Below, piece after piece: positions 10,641-22,900 of a stretch of DNA of 64,000 bases. A program made the translations under genes and the position numbers. The notes under the pieces were generated by a model, which had not been told where the DNA came from, searched no databases, and worked only from the letters and a program-made list of their open reading frames with translations. Source of the stretch: Dendrobates tinctorius (taxonomy: Eukaryota); assembly GCF_039654945.1 (NCBI RefSeq), contig NW_027361696.1, forward strand, positions 46,686,001-46,750,000. The letters are read 5' to 3'. How positions within the stretch are numbered: position 1 is the first letter of the stretch; each line of letters begins with the position of its first letter.

Positions 10641-11690
10641 AACGAAACTTCTGAGCAGCAACTGGTGATGTTGGAGCCCAGGGACAATTATGGTGTAGGC
10701 CGAGGCCTACTTGGTGGCAGTATTATATAGGTTGTAGACTGCAACAAACGTGCTCCAATTAGGCATCTGTCTCCACTCTGTTTCGAGGATTTCACCTGAC
10801 CACCAACACCGCCAGTTTATGCGTACAGTAGCCGTCTGCCCAATCCATACGTGTTCCTGTGTTACTGGGGTTCTGTAATGTCAGCAGATCCCCTGATGTG
10901 TGTCTGGCAATGTCTCCTGCTCTGTCCACATTCCCACCACTTGTAGTGGGAAGGTGGACAGCGCAGGAGACAGTGCCGGACACACATTGGGGGATCAACT
11001 CACGTAACAGAACACCAGGAACACAGGAACAAGTGTGGAATGCGTGGACGGCAACTGTGAGCAGGAACTGGCAGTTTTGGAGGTCAGGGGAAATACTAGA
11101 GACAGAGGCCAAATCAGAGAATGTTTAAATCAGAAGTAGTTACAATTTGGAGGCAGCAGCAGTTTGCCATCCACACAGCAGGGGATCAGCTGATGTTACT
11201 GACCCCCACTTTCACATGAACGAGTGTTTTTTTCTGTGTGGACAGCACTTCCGAGCACCAACTGGCGTTGTTAGAGCCCAGGGACAATCATGGTGTAGGC
11301 TGAGGCCTACTAGGAGCCAGGTGTAAATCGGAGGTATTTTGACTTTGGAGGGAGCAGGACACTTTGCCATACACACAGCAGGGGATCAGCAGACGTTACC
11401 AAACCCCACTTACACATGAACAAGTGTTTTTTCTGTGTGGACAGCACTTCTGAGTACCAACTGGCGGTGTCGGAGCCCAGGGAAAATCAGGTAGTAGGCC
11501 GAGGCCTACTTGGAACCAGGTGTAAATCTGAGTTACTTTGAGTTTGGAGGAAGCAGGACATTTTGCCATACACACAGCAGGGGATCAGCTGACGTTACCA
11601 AACCCCACTTACACATGAGCGAGTGTTTTGTCTGTGTGGACAGCACTTCTGAGCAACAACGGGCGTTGCTGTAGCCCAGGAAATAAAGTT
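10640..11690. repeat. ~200-bp tandem repeats 3' of the hAT transposase
   Basis: CACACAGCAGGGGATCAGC(T/A)GA at about 11172, 11373 and 11572; GGCCTAC units at about 10705, 11305 and 11503. Confidence 0.8.
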
Positions 11691-11747
11691 CAGGTCATAG
11701 AAACATGAACACAACAGGAGACCTGGATCCTGTTGCCAGACAATTAT

Positions 11748-14700
11748 TTATTCTGGAAGAGGACTGGCAAATTCAGGTGAGATTCAGGCCTTGTTCATTT
11801 TCACAAAAGTAAGCCGGTCAACATTATCGGCGGATAGTCGTGTGCGACGGTCTGTTACCACACCACCTGCAGCACTAAAGACACGTTCCGATAATACACT
11901 GGCAGCAGGGCAAGCCAGCACCTCCACTGCATACTGGCTAAGCTCTGGTCATGTATCCAGCTTAGAGACCCAAAACTTGAATGGGGAAGAGCCGTCTGGG
12001 AGTACACTAACAGGGCAAGACAAGTAGTCTGTCACCATCTGACGGAAACGTTGCCTCCTGCTGACTGGAGCTGTCTGTGATGGTGTAGCCGTTTGTGGCG
12101 GTCCCACAAAACTTTTCCACATTTGGGCCATACTGGCCTTGCCTTGTCCTGCGGCACTGCCTCTGCTACCTCTTTGTGCAGAGCTTCCTCCACTGCCTCT
12201 ACCCACATGGCTGCTTTGAAAAGCACTACCAGCAACACTTGCGGGGAGAATGGAGAACATGATGGCCTGCACAAGTGTTTCTTGGTACTCCCGCATTTTA
12301 CGCTCCCGGTTCAACTGTGGTATGAGGCTTTGTAAGTTGTCCCGGTAGCGAGGATCTAGGAGGGTGTACACCCAATAATCAGCCGTGTGGAGAATGTTGG
12401 CGATGCGGCGGTCATTTAACAAGCACTGCAGCATGAAATCAACCATGTGCTGCAGACTGCCAACTGGAACGGGAACGCTGTCCCCAGCTTGAGGCAGCAT
12501 CTCAGCCTGCTCAGCATCACCCCACCCTCGCTGTACACACTGACTACTAGAGCCTTGTGTACCTCCCTCCTCTGGAGAGATGTGTTTCTCCTCCTCCATT
12601 GACTCCTCGTCATCCTCCTCACTAAGTGTCCCCTGCCTGGGCCTTTGTGTGGAAGCACGTTGTGCAGACTTGCCAGAAGCAGATGGCATTTCTGACTCCT
12701 CATCCTCGACCTCTTCAAAAACCTCCTCACTTAGTGCTTGTAAGGTTTTTTGAAGCAGACAGATAAGGGGGACAGTCATGCTGACTAGTGCATCATCTGC
12801 ACTGGCCATCCGCGTGGAGTCATCGAAGGCACGCAAAACTTGGCAGATGTCCCTCATAGTGGCCCACTCAGTGGTGGTGAAGTGTGTCCGGCGCACAGTG
12901 CGACTTGTTTGCGCCTGATGCAGCTGGTACTCCATTACTGCTGCCTGCTGCTCACACAACCACTCCAACATATGTAACGTTGAATTCCACCTGGTGGGGA
13001 GGTCACATATGATGCGATGATCTGGCAGGTGGAATCAGCGTTGCAGAGATGCAATGCGCGATCTTGCCATGCTGCAACGCCACAAGTGAGCACACTCTAG
13101 GCGAACCTTGTGCAGCAGTGCATCAAGATCCGGATAGTCCCTCAGAAAGCTCTGCACGACCAAATTGAGCACGTGTGCCAGACATGGTATGTGAGTGAGG
13201 TTGCCTAGGCCCAGAGCTGCAACTAGATTTCGGCCATTGTCACTCACTACCAAACCTGGCTGGAGATTCGCTAGCACAAACCACACATCGCTCTCCTGCT
13301 TGATGGCATTCCAGAGCTCCTGTGCTGTGTGGCTCCGATTCCCCAAAGAAATTAATTTACGGACGGCCTGTTGACGTTTGGCCACACCTGTGCTCATATC
13401 TGGCCTAACAGGCTCATGCAGTGCTGATTCCGAGGAACTACAGTAGGAGGAGGACTCAATATGTACAGACTGCATTCCTGCAATCCTTGGAGTTGGCAGA
13501 ATACGTACAGAGCCACTCTCCAGATCTGTACCCGGCTCCACAACATTGACCCAATGGGCAGTGAGGGAAAGGTATCGTCCCTGTCCATGGCTACTGGTCC
13601 ACGCATCGTTGGTCAGGTGGACCTTGCTACTGACGGCGTTTCGTAGCGCATTTTTAATTTTTCCCTCCACATGCTTTTGCAGGGCAGGGACGGCTTGCCT
13701 GCTGAATTAAAAGCAGCTGGGCACATTGTATTGTGGAACTGCCAATGACATAAAGTTCTGGAAGGTGTCAGTCTCCACCAGCCTGAATGACAGCATCTCA
13801 AGGGCCAGTAGTTTGGCAATGCCGGCATTCAGAGCCAGTGCTCGGGGATGGTTTGCCGAGTATGGCCGCTTTTTCTCCCATGCCTGTGCTACCGATTGCT
13901 GGTGAGTAGCCTGGGAGTGTGCTGATGACGGAGAACGTGGTTCAGTGGGTGGAATTTCACTGGGTCTCTGGACAACAGTGGCAGAGGTTCTTCCATGGCG
14001 TTCCAGTGAGGAAGCCGAACCAGCTGTGTGTGAGCTGGAGGAAGAGGCCCCAACATGAGCTGAAGAGGTGGTATGTGCTGTTGAAGGTTGGCCTACATCT
14101 TCAGTGTGTCTGTGTAACTCCACCTCGTGCTTGGTACGCACATGTTTCCACATATTTGTGGTATTGAGGTTGCTCACATTTTTCCCTCGTTTAACTTTCT
14201 GATGACACAGCTTGCATTTGACAAAGCAAATGTCATCTGCAACTGTGTCAAAAAAAGACCACGCACTGTAAGTCCTGGGAGCGCCCGTTTTGTGTTTTGG
14301 AAGAGGATTGCTACTCACGGGTGCCAAAGTGGAGGCTACAGGCAACCAAGTCTGCCCCCGCCCTCTCCCTCCTCTTTTGGCCATTCAGGGAATCTCTTCC
14401 TCAGAGCTGCTCCCACCACCTTCCTGTGGCTGACGCCATGATGGGTCAAGGACCTCATCATCTCCACTCTTCAAGCACCGGCTGGTCCTGGGTTGTCTCG
14501 CCAGCACTGAACGCACCAGAAACTGGCAACTGAGTCTCAGCATCATCAGATGAGTACTGAGGTGTGCTGACAATAGGCACTGGCCCACCCGCCTCTTCAG
14601 ATTCAGAGGGACAAAGCAGTTGCGCATCACTGCATACTCCCTCTTCTTCACGCTCAAGAATGCTGCTTGGCTGGCCACCTCTTTCCAAGCCAACAGATTC

Positions 14701-15080
14701 TGAGAACAGAAGTAAAGATTGAGATGGCTCCTGTCCAGGGCTCTCAGACTGCCTAGGCAATTTGGCAGGTGGTGAAGAGACAGATGGTTGCTCTTCAGTG
14801 CTCTGGCCCTGAGAGGATGCGGAAGTCATTGAAGTGGATGGGTTAGCTGCCATCCATCCGACAACGGCTTCAATTTGTTCGTCACGCAGCAGTGGGGTAC
14901 GGAGAGGTCCTACAAAGTTGCGCATGAAGGACTGTTGCCTGCTAAAAGTGGGGGATGCCGGGTCACTGGTGGCCGCAGCAGACACCGAATCCCCACGTCC
15001 TCTCCCTGCTGAATCCCCCGTCCTCTCCCTGCTGAAACTCCACGGCCACGACCATGTGCCTTACTCCCTGCCTTCTTCAT
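11748..15080 (-). pseudogene. hAT transposase (BED zinc finger, catalytic core, C-terminal dimerisation domain), disrupted
   Basis: SAWSFF...CKLC...MWKHVRTKH (BED), VHLTNDAWTS, VSDNGRN, HIPCLAHVLNLVV, PTRWNST, LLDPRY and CPAASVLSERVFSAAG. Several frameshifts and stops across ORFs 14458, 14385, 13707, 13035 and 11949. Confidence 0.92.
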
Positions 15081-16064
15081 CTTGGTAGACTGATAAAGAT
15101 AGGCAGAAAAGTAAAAAAGGGGGGGCTTAGTGTTCTTATTCCTGAACACCTGCTAACCAGTATCAGAAACACTAATTTTGCTAAGAGTGTGTGTACTACA
15201 CTTTAATATGATCTAATGTGGCCTACACAACTCTAAAGTGGAGTGTTTGGTGAACTTTATTTCCTTTTTTTTTTGGGGGGGGAAATAAAAGGATGTGACC
15301 AAAGTTTGAAAGCTATAGTATCACAAACTTTTTGGAGCGATTACAATGCAGGAAGCTAACCTACAATGCAATTGATGAGGCTCCAAAAATAGGGTGACAC
15401 TAGTCTGGCTGGCCCTGAAGGGCACAAGCCAGCAAAAAGGCTCCTCTATCTAATCCTATATAGTGTTTGCAACCAACCAATGACAATGGATGCGGATGGA
15501 AGCACACTAATATAGGAGCAAAAATCTGGACAAATTAGCTGCAAAAAAAGGACTATGTATGAGGCAGTGACGCATGCTGAGCGGACTACAACCAGCGGTG
15601 GCTGTAGAACACACTGCAACGTGAGCTGCACTCACACACAGAGAGACCTATCAGACAGCCAAAAACAGTGCAGAGAAATGGGCTATAGCACTGAAAGGCT
15701 GCTGAAAGGCTCCACTGTCCACTCCTTTAGTGTTTGCAACCAACGTATATGGATACGTATGGAAGCACACTATACAGGAGGAAAAAAAAGCAGCAATAAA
15801 AGAAAAATGTGTTTGAGGCAGAGACACACGCTGGGCGGCCGACAAGCAGACGTGCCTGCAGGACACACTACACAGCGTGGGTTTGCACTCACACAGCCCT
15901 TGCAGACAGCTATTAAAACAGTGCTGCTGGGCTAAAAAAAATGCTACAGTGGTGGATTATGTAGCCTGGGTAGAGCAATAGATATGTTTGATGATCGCTA
16001 TTTCTAACTGTCCATCACAGTCTTCAACAGCAGCCTGTCCCTAACTGAATTCACAGCAGAGTGA

Positions 16065-16120
16065 ACCCGAAATGGGGGCTGCTGCGGTTTTTATAGTACA
16101 TCATTTCAGCAGCCAATCAC
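16065..16120 (-). promoter_or_regulatory. Putative hAT transposase promoter (CCAAT plus TATAAAA), copy 1
   Basis: TTTTATA near 16090 (TATAAAA on minus) and AGCCAATC at 16111. The same arrangement occurs in copy 2. Confidence 0.45.
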
Positions 16121-16340
16121 AGCCATGCCAGTAGTTAACATGCCTACATGCCTAACAGGATGTGCCCACACTTCTGAGGATCCCCATTGGCTGAATCAAA
16201 TCGAGCGGGCTCCTAGCATTATGGGAACTTCCGATTCTGGTATTCGATATGACAAAAGTATCGGAACTAAGTATCGGAATTCCGATACAGCTAATATCGG
16301 CCGATACCCGATACTTGCGGTATCGGAATGCTCAACACTA

Positions 16341-16765
16341 GTGGTCACTAGAAAAACTTGTAAAAATGAGAAATCGCTGTAACACTTATATATTCCTAAC
16401 AATAAAAAATTTTGGCTCCAAAATTGTGCTGATGTAAAGCAAACACATATGGGAAATGTTACTTATTAAGTATTTTATGTCACATATCTCTGTGATTTAA
16501 GGGCATGAAAATTCAAAGTTGGAAAATTGCTACATTTTCAACGTTTTCGCCAAATTTCCATTTTTTTTCCACAAATAAATGCAAGTATTATCAAAGAAAT
16601 TGTACCACTTTCACGGAGGACAAAATATCATGAGAAAACAATGTCAGAATCACCAGGATCCATGGAAGCATTCCAGAGTTATTACTATATAAAGGGACAG
16701 TGGTCAGAATTGAAAAAATTGGCCTGGTCATTAACATTCAAACCACCCTTTGGGGGTAAAAGGTA
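16341..16765. repeat. Right part of the host repeat interrupted by hAT copy 1
   Basis: Continues homology to the reverse complement of about 51700-51790 (GAAAAACTTGTAAAAATGAGAAATCGCT). Ends in a degenerate GGGGGTAAAAGGT. Confidence 0.5.
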
Positions 16766-17316
16766 TAATAATGGAGAATATATTATTTGAAAATATATGT
16801 AGGATCTAATTCAGGTAAATGGCTATACTGGAAAATATGGACCCCATCCAGGACCAAATATGATGATCTGGCGGGTGGATTGTTTAATGTCTCAGGTCTT
16901 GTATCTTGTCCCAAGCAACCATATCTATCTAGCTGTTGATCCTATCATTTGCCTATTATTTTTGAGTATCTTCTATGCAAAATCCTCATCTATTGACCGA
17001 CCTATCTGTTCAATCCATCACCTAAAATTTGTGCATTCATATAGTTGAAAATTACAACTGAACCTAGGATTATAGGTATTTAGGACAGTTATGATTTCGC
17101 CAAACTAAACAAATGTGTTATGTGTTATATGCTTTACACAATTTTTACCTGTCAATGATGATTTCCTTCTGGATATCAATAATATTGATACTGTCAATGT
17201 AAATCATATGGTGACCTTTTATTTATTTTGTACCTACTTATCTATAAATCTATCACACTTAATAATGTCTATTCCTGTGTTGACTAACCCATTCATCTAT
17301 TGATAAAATACCCTAA

Positions 17317-17711
17317 AGCCCCCTTTACATTTAGCAATGCACCAGCGATCCCTACCATGATACGACCCGGTCAGGATCGCTGGTGCATCGCTAAATGGTT
17401 GCTAGTGAGCTGCCACACAGGCAGATCTCAAAGTGACGGAGCGACGCAGCAGCGGTCGTTACTTACCTTTCAAACGCGGCGATCCTGACGTCCTCCCGCC
17501 CGCGTCCACGCGTCCCTCATCAGTGCCAGCAGGAAGCCCAACGGGAAGTGCCCGATGAGAAATGGAGCTGCACGATCTCGCACGATCAGCGACAGAAAGT
17601 GCGGGAGCCGGTCGGAGATAAGTATCACACATAGCGATATCGCTGCTGCGTCACAAAATCGGTGATGCTTTAGCGATATTGCTAGCGATATCGCTATGTG
17701 TAAAACCCCCT
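17317..17711. mobile_element. PIF/Harbinger-type MITE (AGCGAT/ATCGCT-rich family)
   Basis: TAA/TTA flanks and imperfect TIRs. Homologous to 39214-39619. Absent at the paralogous site near 39150. Confidence 0.8.
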
Positions 17712-18699
17712 TTATTGTACTGTAGACTTAGGTGGATCCTGGGTATTTTCTTGTCTCTTCTTATGCTAAATTACCAATGGGATTACAAGGATCAGGACAA
17801 GTGTGATCTCTGAAGAGTCTGTTATGTCTAATGGACAATTCTCCAAAGTCAATTACGTAATAACAGAGGGAATTACAACTCAAACCAATGCAGCAATACC
17901 TGACTGGTTTCTGGAGAGGAAAATAGGGACAGAGTATTTATTTTATTTAGAATTTCAACTATACATAAATATATTTGTTACATTTCTCATCCTCTCATAT
18001 GTATTATACATAACTATTTTTTCCATATAAAATGTATAACATAATACAAATAGGGAAAAAATTACAGTATTTTTCAGATTACAAGGATGTACCGACCATA
18101 AGACACACCACAAATCTTGGGGAGGAAAATAAGGGGAAAACTTTTAAAATTATGGTGCCAGCAACAAGACTTCCTCACTAATCTGTCGTCCGTGAGGCAG
18201 GAGTGGAGTCAAGGCTCTGTACATTGGATTTTTCCAGTAGTGGGTGTTAGGATTCTCCTGCTGCACTGGATAGATCCCAAGCCTTATCTGCCTCTGTGGC
18301 CACCAATTTGGGCTCGGCCGCTGTGAGTGCTGCTCAGCATAGACATCGGTCCCAGTGTCTTTCTCAGCTCATTGTGTATGCTTGTTTACTGCTGGTTCTC
18401 CATCCAAGTCCTTAGTAACCAGTGATATACAGGTGCAGCCTGGTACTCTGGAGTCTAAGTCCAGAGATCACCTTACTGAGCATTCACAATGAAAGTTGCC
18501 TCTATCTATTCTACTGTGAGGGTTTCTAAAAACCTGTGACACTTGGCACCAAACTTTTTTTATAGCTAGTGTTGCTTAACTCTTTTTTCTGTACCTTGTG
18601 TTTTTATAAAATATATCCTGTGAGCCGATTTATATATTGTTTCAGTGTCAGACATACAATAGTGCTATTGCCATAACTGTTTTTTAATTCTTCTCCAAA

Positions 18700-19110
18700 A
18701 TCCAACAAGTTTAATCAATGTGAATGAATTTTTCATACAGCTCTTCAGAGGATTTTATTCATAAAACAAAAATATTTTCTTTGTATCACAACAATCTCAA
18801 AACTCATCTCATCACTACATTTGATCCCATGGCAGTACCCCTTTACTGAACAAAAAATTAACTACTTAAATAAATTTTCAAAAATAAACAATTATAAGAG
18901 GAGTTGAAAAAATTATTGTAGGAAAATAATTATTGATAATGACATACAAATGTCTTAAACCATATTAACGCACTACTAGAATTCACAGCAGTTTTTAAAA
19001 AACAATACATTTTTGTTTGTCCTGATAGTTGCTTTTCATGAAAATATCTTTGTTAAAGAGTGGCTTATTTTGTTTAAAAAAGCGGTACCGCAATGGGATC
19101 TGATGTTGAA
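18700..19110. pseudogene. Ancient Penelope-like RT fragments in inverted arrangement
   Basis: GGT ACC GCA ATG GGA TCT GAT GTT (GTAMGSDV) on plus at about 19084, and GGT ACT GCC ATG GGA TCA (GTAMGS) on minus at about 18822-18839. Confidence 0.6.
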
Positions 19111-20242
19111 GCTGACCCATAATTTCAGCCAAGTTCTGAGTTTGTTGTAACATATAGATAATATTTTCCTCATATTGTTGGGCTTCTCTGAAGAACTTGA
19201 TCAGTTCCATACTTTCCTTATTTAAATTGACACTAAGGTAAAATTAGGTCTGGTTTCCATTAAGTTTTAAATATAACTGAATTTGTTCGTGATAATAGGT
19301 AAGGGTAATAAAGACAAATTATTTATTTGATCTAGAGCTTTAGTTACAGATACCTGATAAACAAATGTTATTTTCTGCATCTCTCCTTTGTGCCTTGATG
19401 TATAGATTTATTTATTACATTGAAAGTGACTGAAGACTTTGTCTGCTTCAAATGTTTTCTTTAATCTCATATCTGTTTATTTTTCTACATTTGCTCGTCT
19501 TTCCATTCATTTGTTATAACTCCCAATCTGTCTTATTAGATGTATGAAATATTAACGGCTTTAGTAAGTAGAGTATGATGATTATAACAATTGGGGCTAC
19601 AGGTCATTGATGCCATCACTTGGGGTACAGGATAATGATACGTACCTTGAGTTATGGAATAATGAAACCAACAATTGGGGGTACTGAAAAATGAAATTCT
19701 GACATTTGAGGTACAGGATGACAGCAGACAGAAATTTGGTGTCATTACTCTGTACCTCAAATATCAGTGAGTCATTATGTTCTCACCAAGTGTCAGTGAC
19801 AGCCCAATACTTGGGGTACAGGATATTGACACAATGAGACTTTGGATACAGCCAATGACTTTGTTTGATTAACCCTTGGTATTTTTGTATTTTCAGGCTT
19901 CTTCTGTTCTGATTAGAACCTGATCTGTTCTTGATATGGATTCCTACATGATAGGACCAAAGTTCTACCACAAACTAATCACTTTAAAAAAAAAAAATGT
20001 AATTATTTCTTCTAGTAAATTTGTGGTGGTGAATCTGCAGCTCTGTATTTACATGATAAAGTTGTGAAAATGTGTAGAAAAATTAACTTATCCATTTTTT
20101 TTATCATGGCTGCTTGTGGTTGGAAAACATTAATAACCTGCCGGTCAATTAAAATGTGTTAAACCACACATAAAAGGCAACCTTAGAAAACCTTGTGATT
20201 ATGTTGCACGTGCAATGAACATATTTAGGGAGACCTTATAAC

Positions 20243-20562
20243 TAGAGATGAGTGAATTTGGTGGGTTTTCTCTTGCCGAATAAGCTGCATAAGAAACCCA
20301 GCTTCCTGGATCACACCAGCCGATTAGCTGATCGGCGCCACAGCTGCATGTGGTGTGGATGTGTCACAGTCATGACACATGCATGGAGAACCTGTGTGTT
20401 GGGCTCTTCATGCATTTTTCATGACTGTGACACATGCAGATGCAGCGTCGATCAGCTGATTGACCCATGTGATCCAGGAAGCCGGGTTCCCTCTGCAGCT
20501 TATTCGGCAAGTGCTATAACTTGCCAAATAAGAGGGATCCTGAGCAAATTTGCTCATCTCTA
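20243..20562. mobile_element. Palindromic hAT-type MITE
   Basis: TAGAGATGAG...CTCATCTCTA termini. 8-bp TSD CTTATAAC/CTTATAGC. Internal inverted symmetry. Absent at the paralogous site near 42680. Confidence 0.85.
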
Positions 20563-20897
20563 CTTATAGCCAACTATTGACTCTTGCATCTAAAGCACTT
20601 TAACTTCTTGAATCAGAATTGTCTCCTATGTGGGATCCAGCAGCTGCTCAAGACAGACATAGCCATCATTTATTGTTAAAGATGTAGATCAGGATGCATA
20701 ACATGTGTCTGGGGAGCCCTCCATGTGGTTTTGTGCACATGTTCTCATACTACAGTAGTTTATGAAGACAGTTATGTAAAATTCTTAGGGATATTGAATA
20801 CAGAATGGGGGACCCCTAGCTCCCTGCTGAGAACCTGAGAGGAGGATATTAGGTGGATATGGCCCTATGAATATGTTGTGCAGCTTGGCTTGTATTA

Positions 20898-21302
20898 GGG
20901 TACCTTCACACTTGGTAACGCACCAGCGATCTCAACAATGATATGACCTAGTAGGGATCGCTGGTGTGTCACTACGTGGTCACTGGTGAGATGTCAAACA
21001 GTCAGATCTCACCAGCGATGCAGCAACAATGCAGAACAATACAATGGTCGTTGGGACCCTGTCTCTCAAACCTGTAGTATTAAGGTCGTTCGTCGTTGTC
21101 CCTGTCAAACACAGCGATGCATGCTGGCCAGCGGGACACAAGTGATTAAAAAATGGCCCAGGACATTCGAGCACAATTAGTGACATCGTAGCAGGGGCCC
21201 AATCGCCGCTATGTGTCACAAGTAGCAAGATCGCTGTTGCGTCACAAAATCAGTGACGAAACAGCTATCTCGCTAGCGATCTCGCTATTTGAGATGGGGG
21301 CT
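20898..21302. mobile_element. PIF/Harbinger-type MITE
   Basis: TTA|GGGTACCTTCACAC start and ...GATGGGGGCT end. Same family as 22056-22451. Confidence 0.75.
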
Positions 21303-21481
21303 CTAGGCACATAATGACCTTGAAGTCTCAGCGCCCCAGTCATTGTACCCAAAGTCAATCATAACTTATAAACAGATAGGCTTAGAGGAACCAGACCAAC
21401 AATGGTTACAATGTACCTTTTTGAAGAATATGAAGATGACATATGACATAAGGAAGACATTTTTTCATTTGAAATTAAAGT

Positions 21482-21653
21482 TTTATTGAAATAACAAATG
21501 TCACAAAATAATGAAAATACACAAAAGATCCAAGTATCGTCAGTGTCATCAAAATGGGAAGAAATCTTTAGTAACTGGATCCAGAATTATATGGGGCTCA
21601 GATTAGGAGTCACCGGTCCTTCTGCTAACTCCACCAGCAAGAAAATATTTTAT
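21482..21653 (-). other. Terminal exon (stop plus 3' UTR) of ZCCHC3/ORF1-like gene copy A
   Basis: Acceptor TTTTTTGTTCTACAG|A TAA at 21653. AATAAA on minus at about 21482-21487. Both conserved in copy B. Confidence 0.6.
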
Positions 21654-22019
21654 CTGTAGAACAAAAAAGAAATGTACATATTACACTACCATGAAATGCA
21701 CCAAAAGGCAAAATATTATGAAATATATAATTTTGTAAAATGTTCTCGACAGCCTTGATTTTTTTGAAATTGCCCAGTTTTAGATCTGATGGCTCACAAT
21801 ATAAGTGATTGTAACAAGATATGTTCATCCCCAAGCTCATACAGATCAGTTCTGAGTCATTATATTGTGCACAGTAGATTATAAGGATTGTAGCTTCCAA
21901 GAAAACTCAAAATATATAAAAGTTTAACATCAAGTGCATTGTTACATAGTTGACTCAAGAACAGATACATGATATTTGGAGACCCTTGTAATGAATGGTG
22001 GAGGGCATTGTCCTCTTAC

Positions 22020-22900
22020 CTTTTACTCTTCCTCTGCTGCTTCTTGGCTTTCTTAGGGTACCGTTACACTAAGCGATGCACCAACGATCCCGACAGCGAT
22101 ATGGGTCGCTGGTGCATCGCTAAGTGGTCGCTAGTGAGCTGCCACACAGGCAGATCTCACCAGCGACATAGCAGCGGTCGGGGGTCGCTACTTACCTGTC
22201 AAACACGGCGATCCTGACGTCCTCCCGTCCGCATCCACGCGTTGCTTTTCGGCGCCACAGGAAGCCCAGCAGGAAACGCCCGACGAGAAATGGCCCAGGA
22301 CGTTCTCGCACGATCAGCGATAACCAGCAGGGGAGCCGGTCGCAGGTAAGTATCAGACATAGCGATATCGCTAGCGATATCACTGCTGTGTCACAAAACC
22401 TGTGACGTTTCAGTGATATTGCTAGTGATCTCGCTGTGTGTAATGGGGGTTTTAGATGTCCTGTCCTGGATTTCCTTGATATCACCAGGATAGTCCTTGA
22501 AAATATAATCTTGCACAATGCAGCTGCCGCAGAGATTTGTCATGCTGTCCTCCTTGTATTCCATTGTCATCCTTCTATGCTCACTCAATGACTTGTCTGA
22601 ATAAGAAATTATTGCTTCTGAGTCTCCTATTGTGCATCTTTCTGGTAAATGCATGAGTCCACTAAATGGTAAGGACTGGTCTTGTCTCAGTCTGACCATG
22701 ACAGACCAGTTTCCAGTCCAGAAGCCTAAATTATTTAAGATCTTGGTGGGACCTTTCAACACGATGCAGAAGCGTCTCAAGTATTCAGCAACCTCCTTCC
22801 TTGGTGTATGAGGGTTTCGTACTGACACTATCACTTTTATTTCCTCTATGTTAGTGGCGCAGTTAGAGGAGATAGTTTCTGGTCTTGACGATTCATCCAT
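22020..22900 (-). pseudogene. ZCCHC3-like / Tx1-L1 ORF1p-derived gene, copy A, main coding exon interrupted by a MITE (161 aa when the MITE is removed)
   Basis: VIVSVRNPH...EVAEYLRRFC...LGFWTGNWSVMVRL...GLMHLPERCTIG...ISY. Removing 22056-22451 plus one TAA restores DRTSKKAKKQQRKSK and the donor AG|GTAAGA at 22020. Confidence 0.75.
22056..22451. mobile_element. PIF/Harbinger-type MITE inserted in a coding exon
   Basis: TTA TSD at 22053-55 and 22452-54. Absent from paralog B. Confidence 0.9.

Larger units (their letters stand above)
3908..16340 (-). mobile_element. hAT-superfamily DNA transposon (BED-finger, Ac/ZBED-like), copy 1, with nested CR1
   Basis: TIRs TAGTGTTGAGC (3908) and GCTCAACACTA (16330-16340). 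Exact 8-bp TSD GTGGTCAC at 3900-3907 and 16341-16348. Subterminal CCGATAC/GTATCGG repeats at both ends. Transposase remnants inside. Confidence 0.95.

Noticed and set aside
9333-10661. Repeat-spacer-like array and many short ORFs suggesting a CRISPR or repetitive protein
   Set aside because: Spacers are themselves homologous, the context is eukaryotic, no cas genes are present and frames are not conserved.
18995-19210. 71-aa ORF MELIKFFREAQQYEENII, with similar sequence at about 27500 and 29850
   Set aside because: Paralogs have stops and frameshifts, and part of it overlaps a Penelope RT remnant on the opposite strand.
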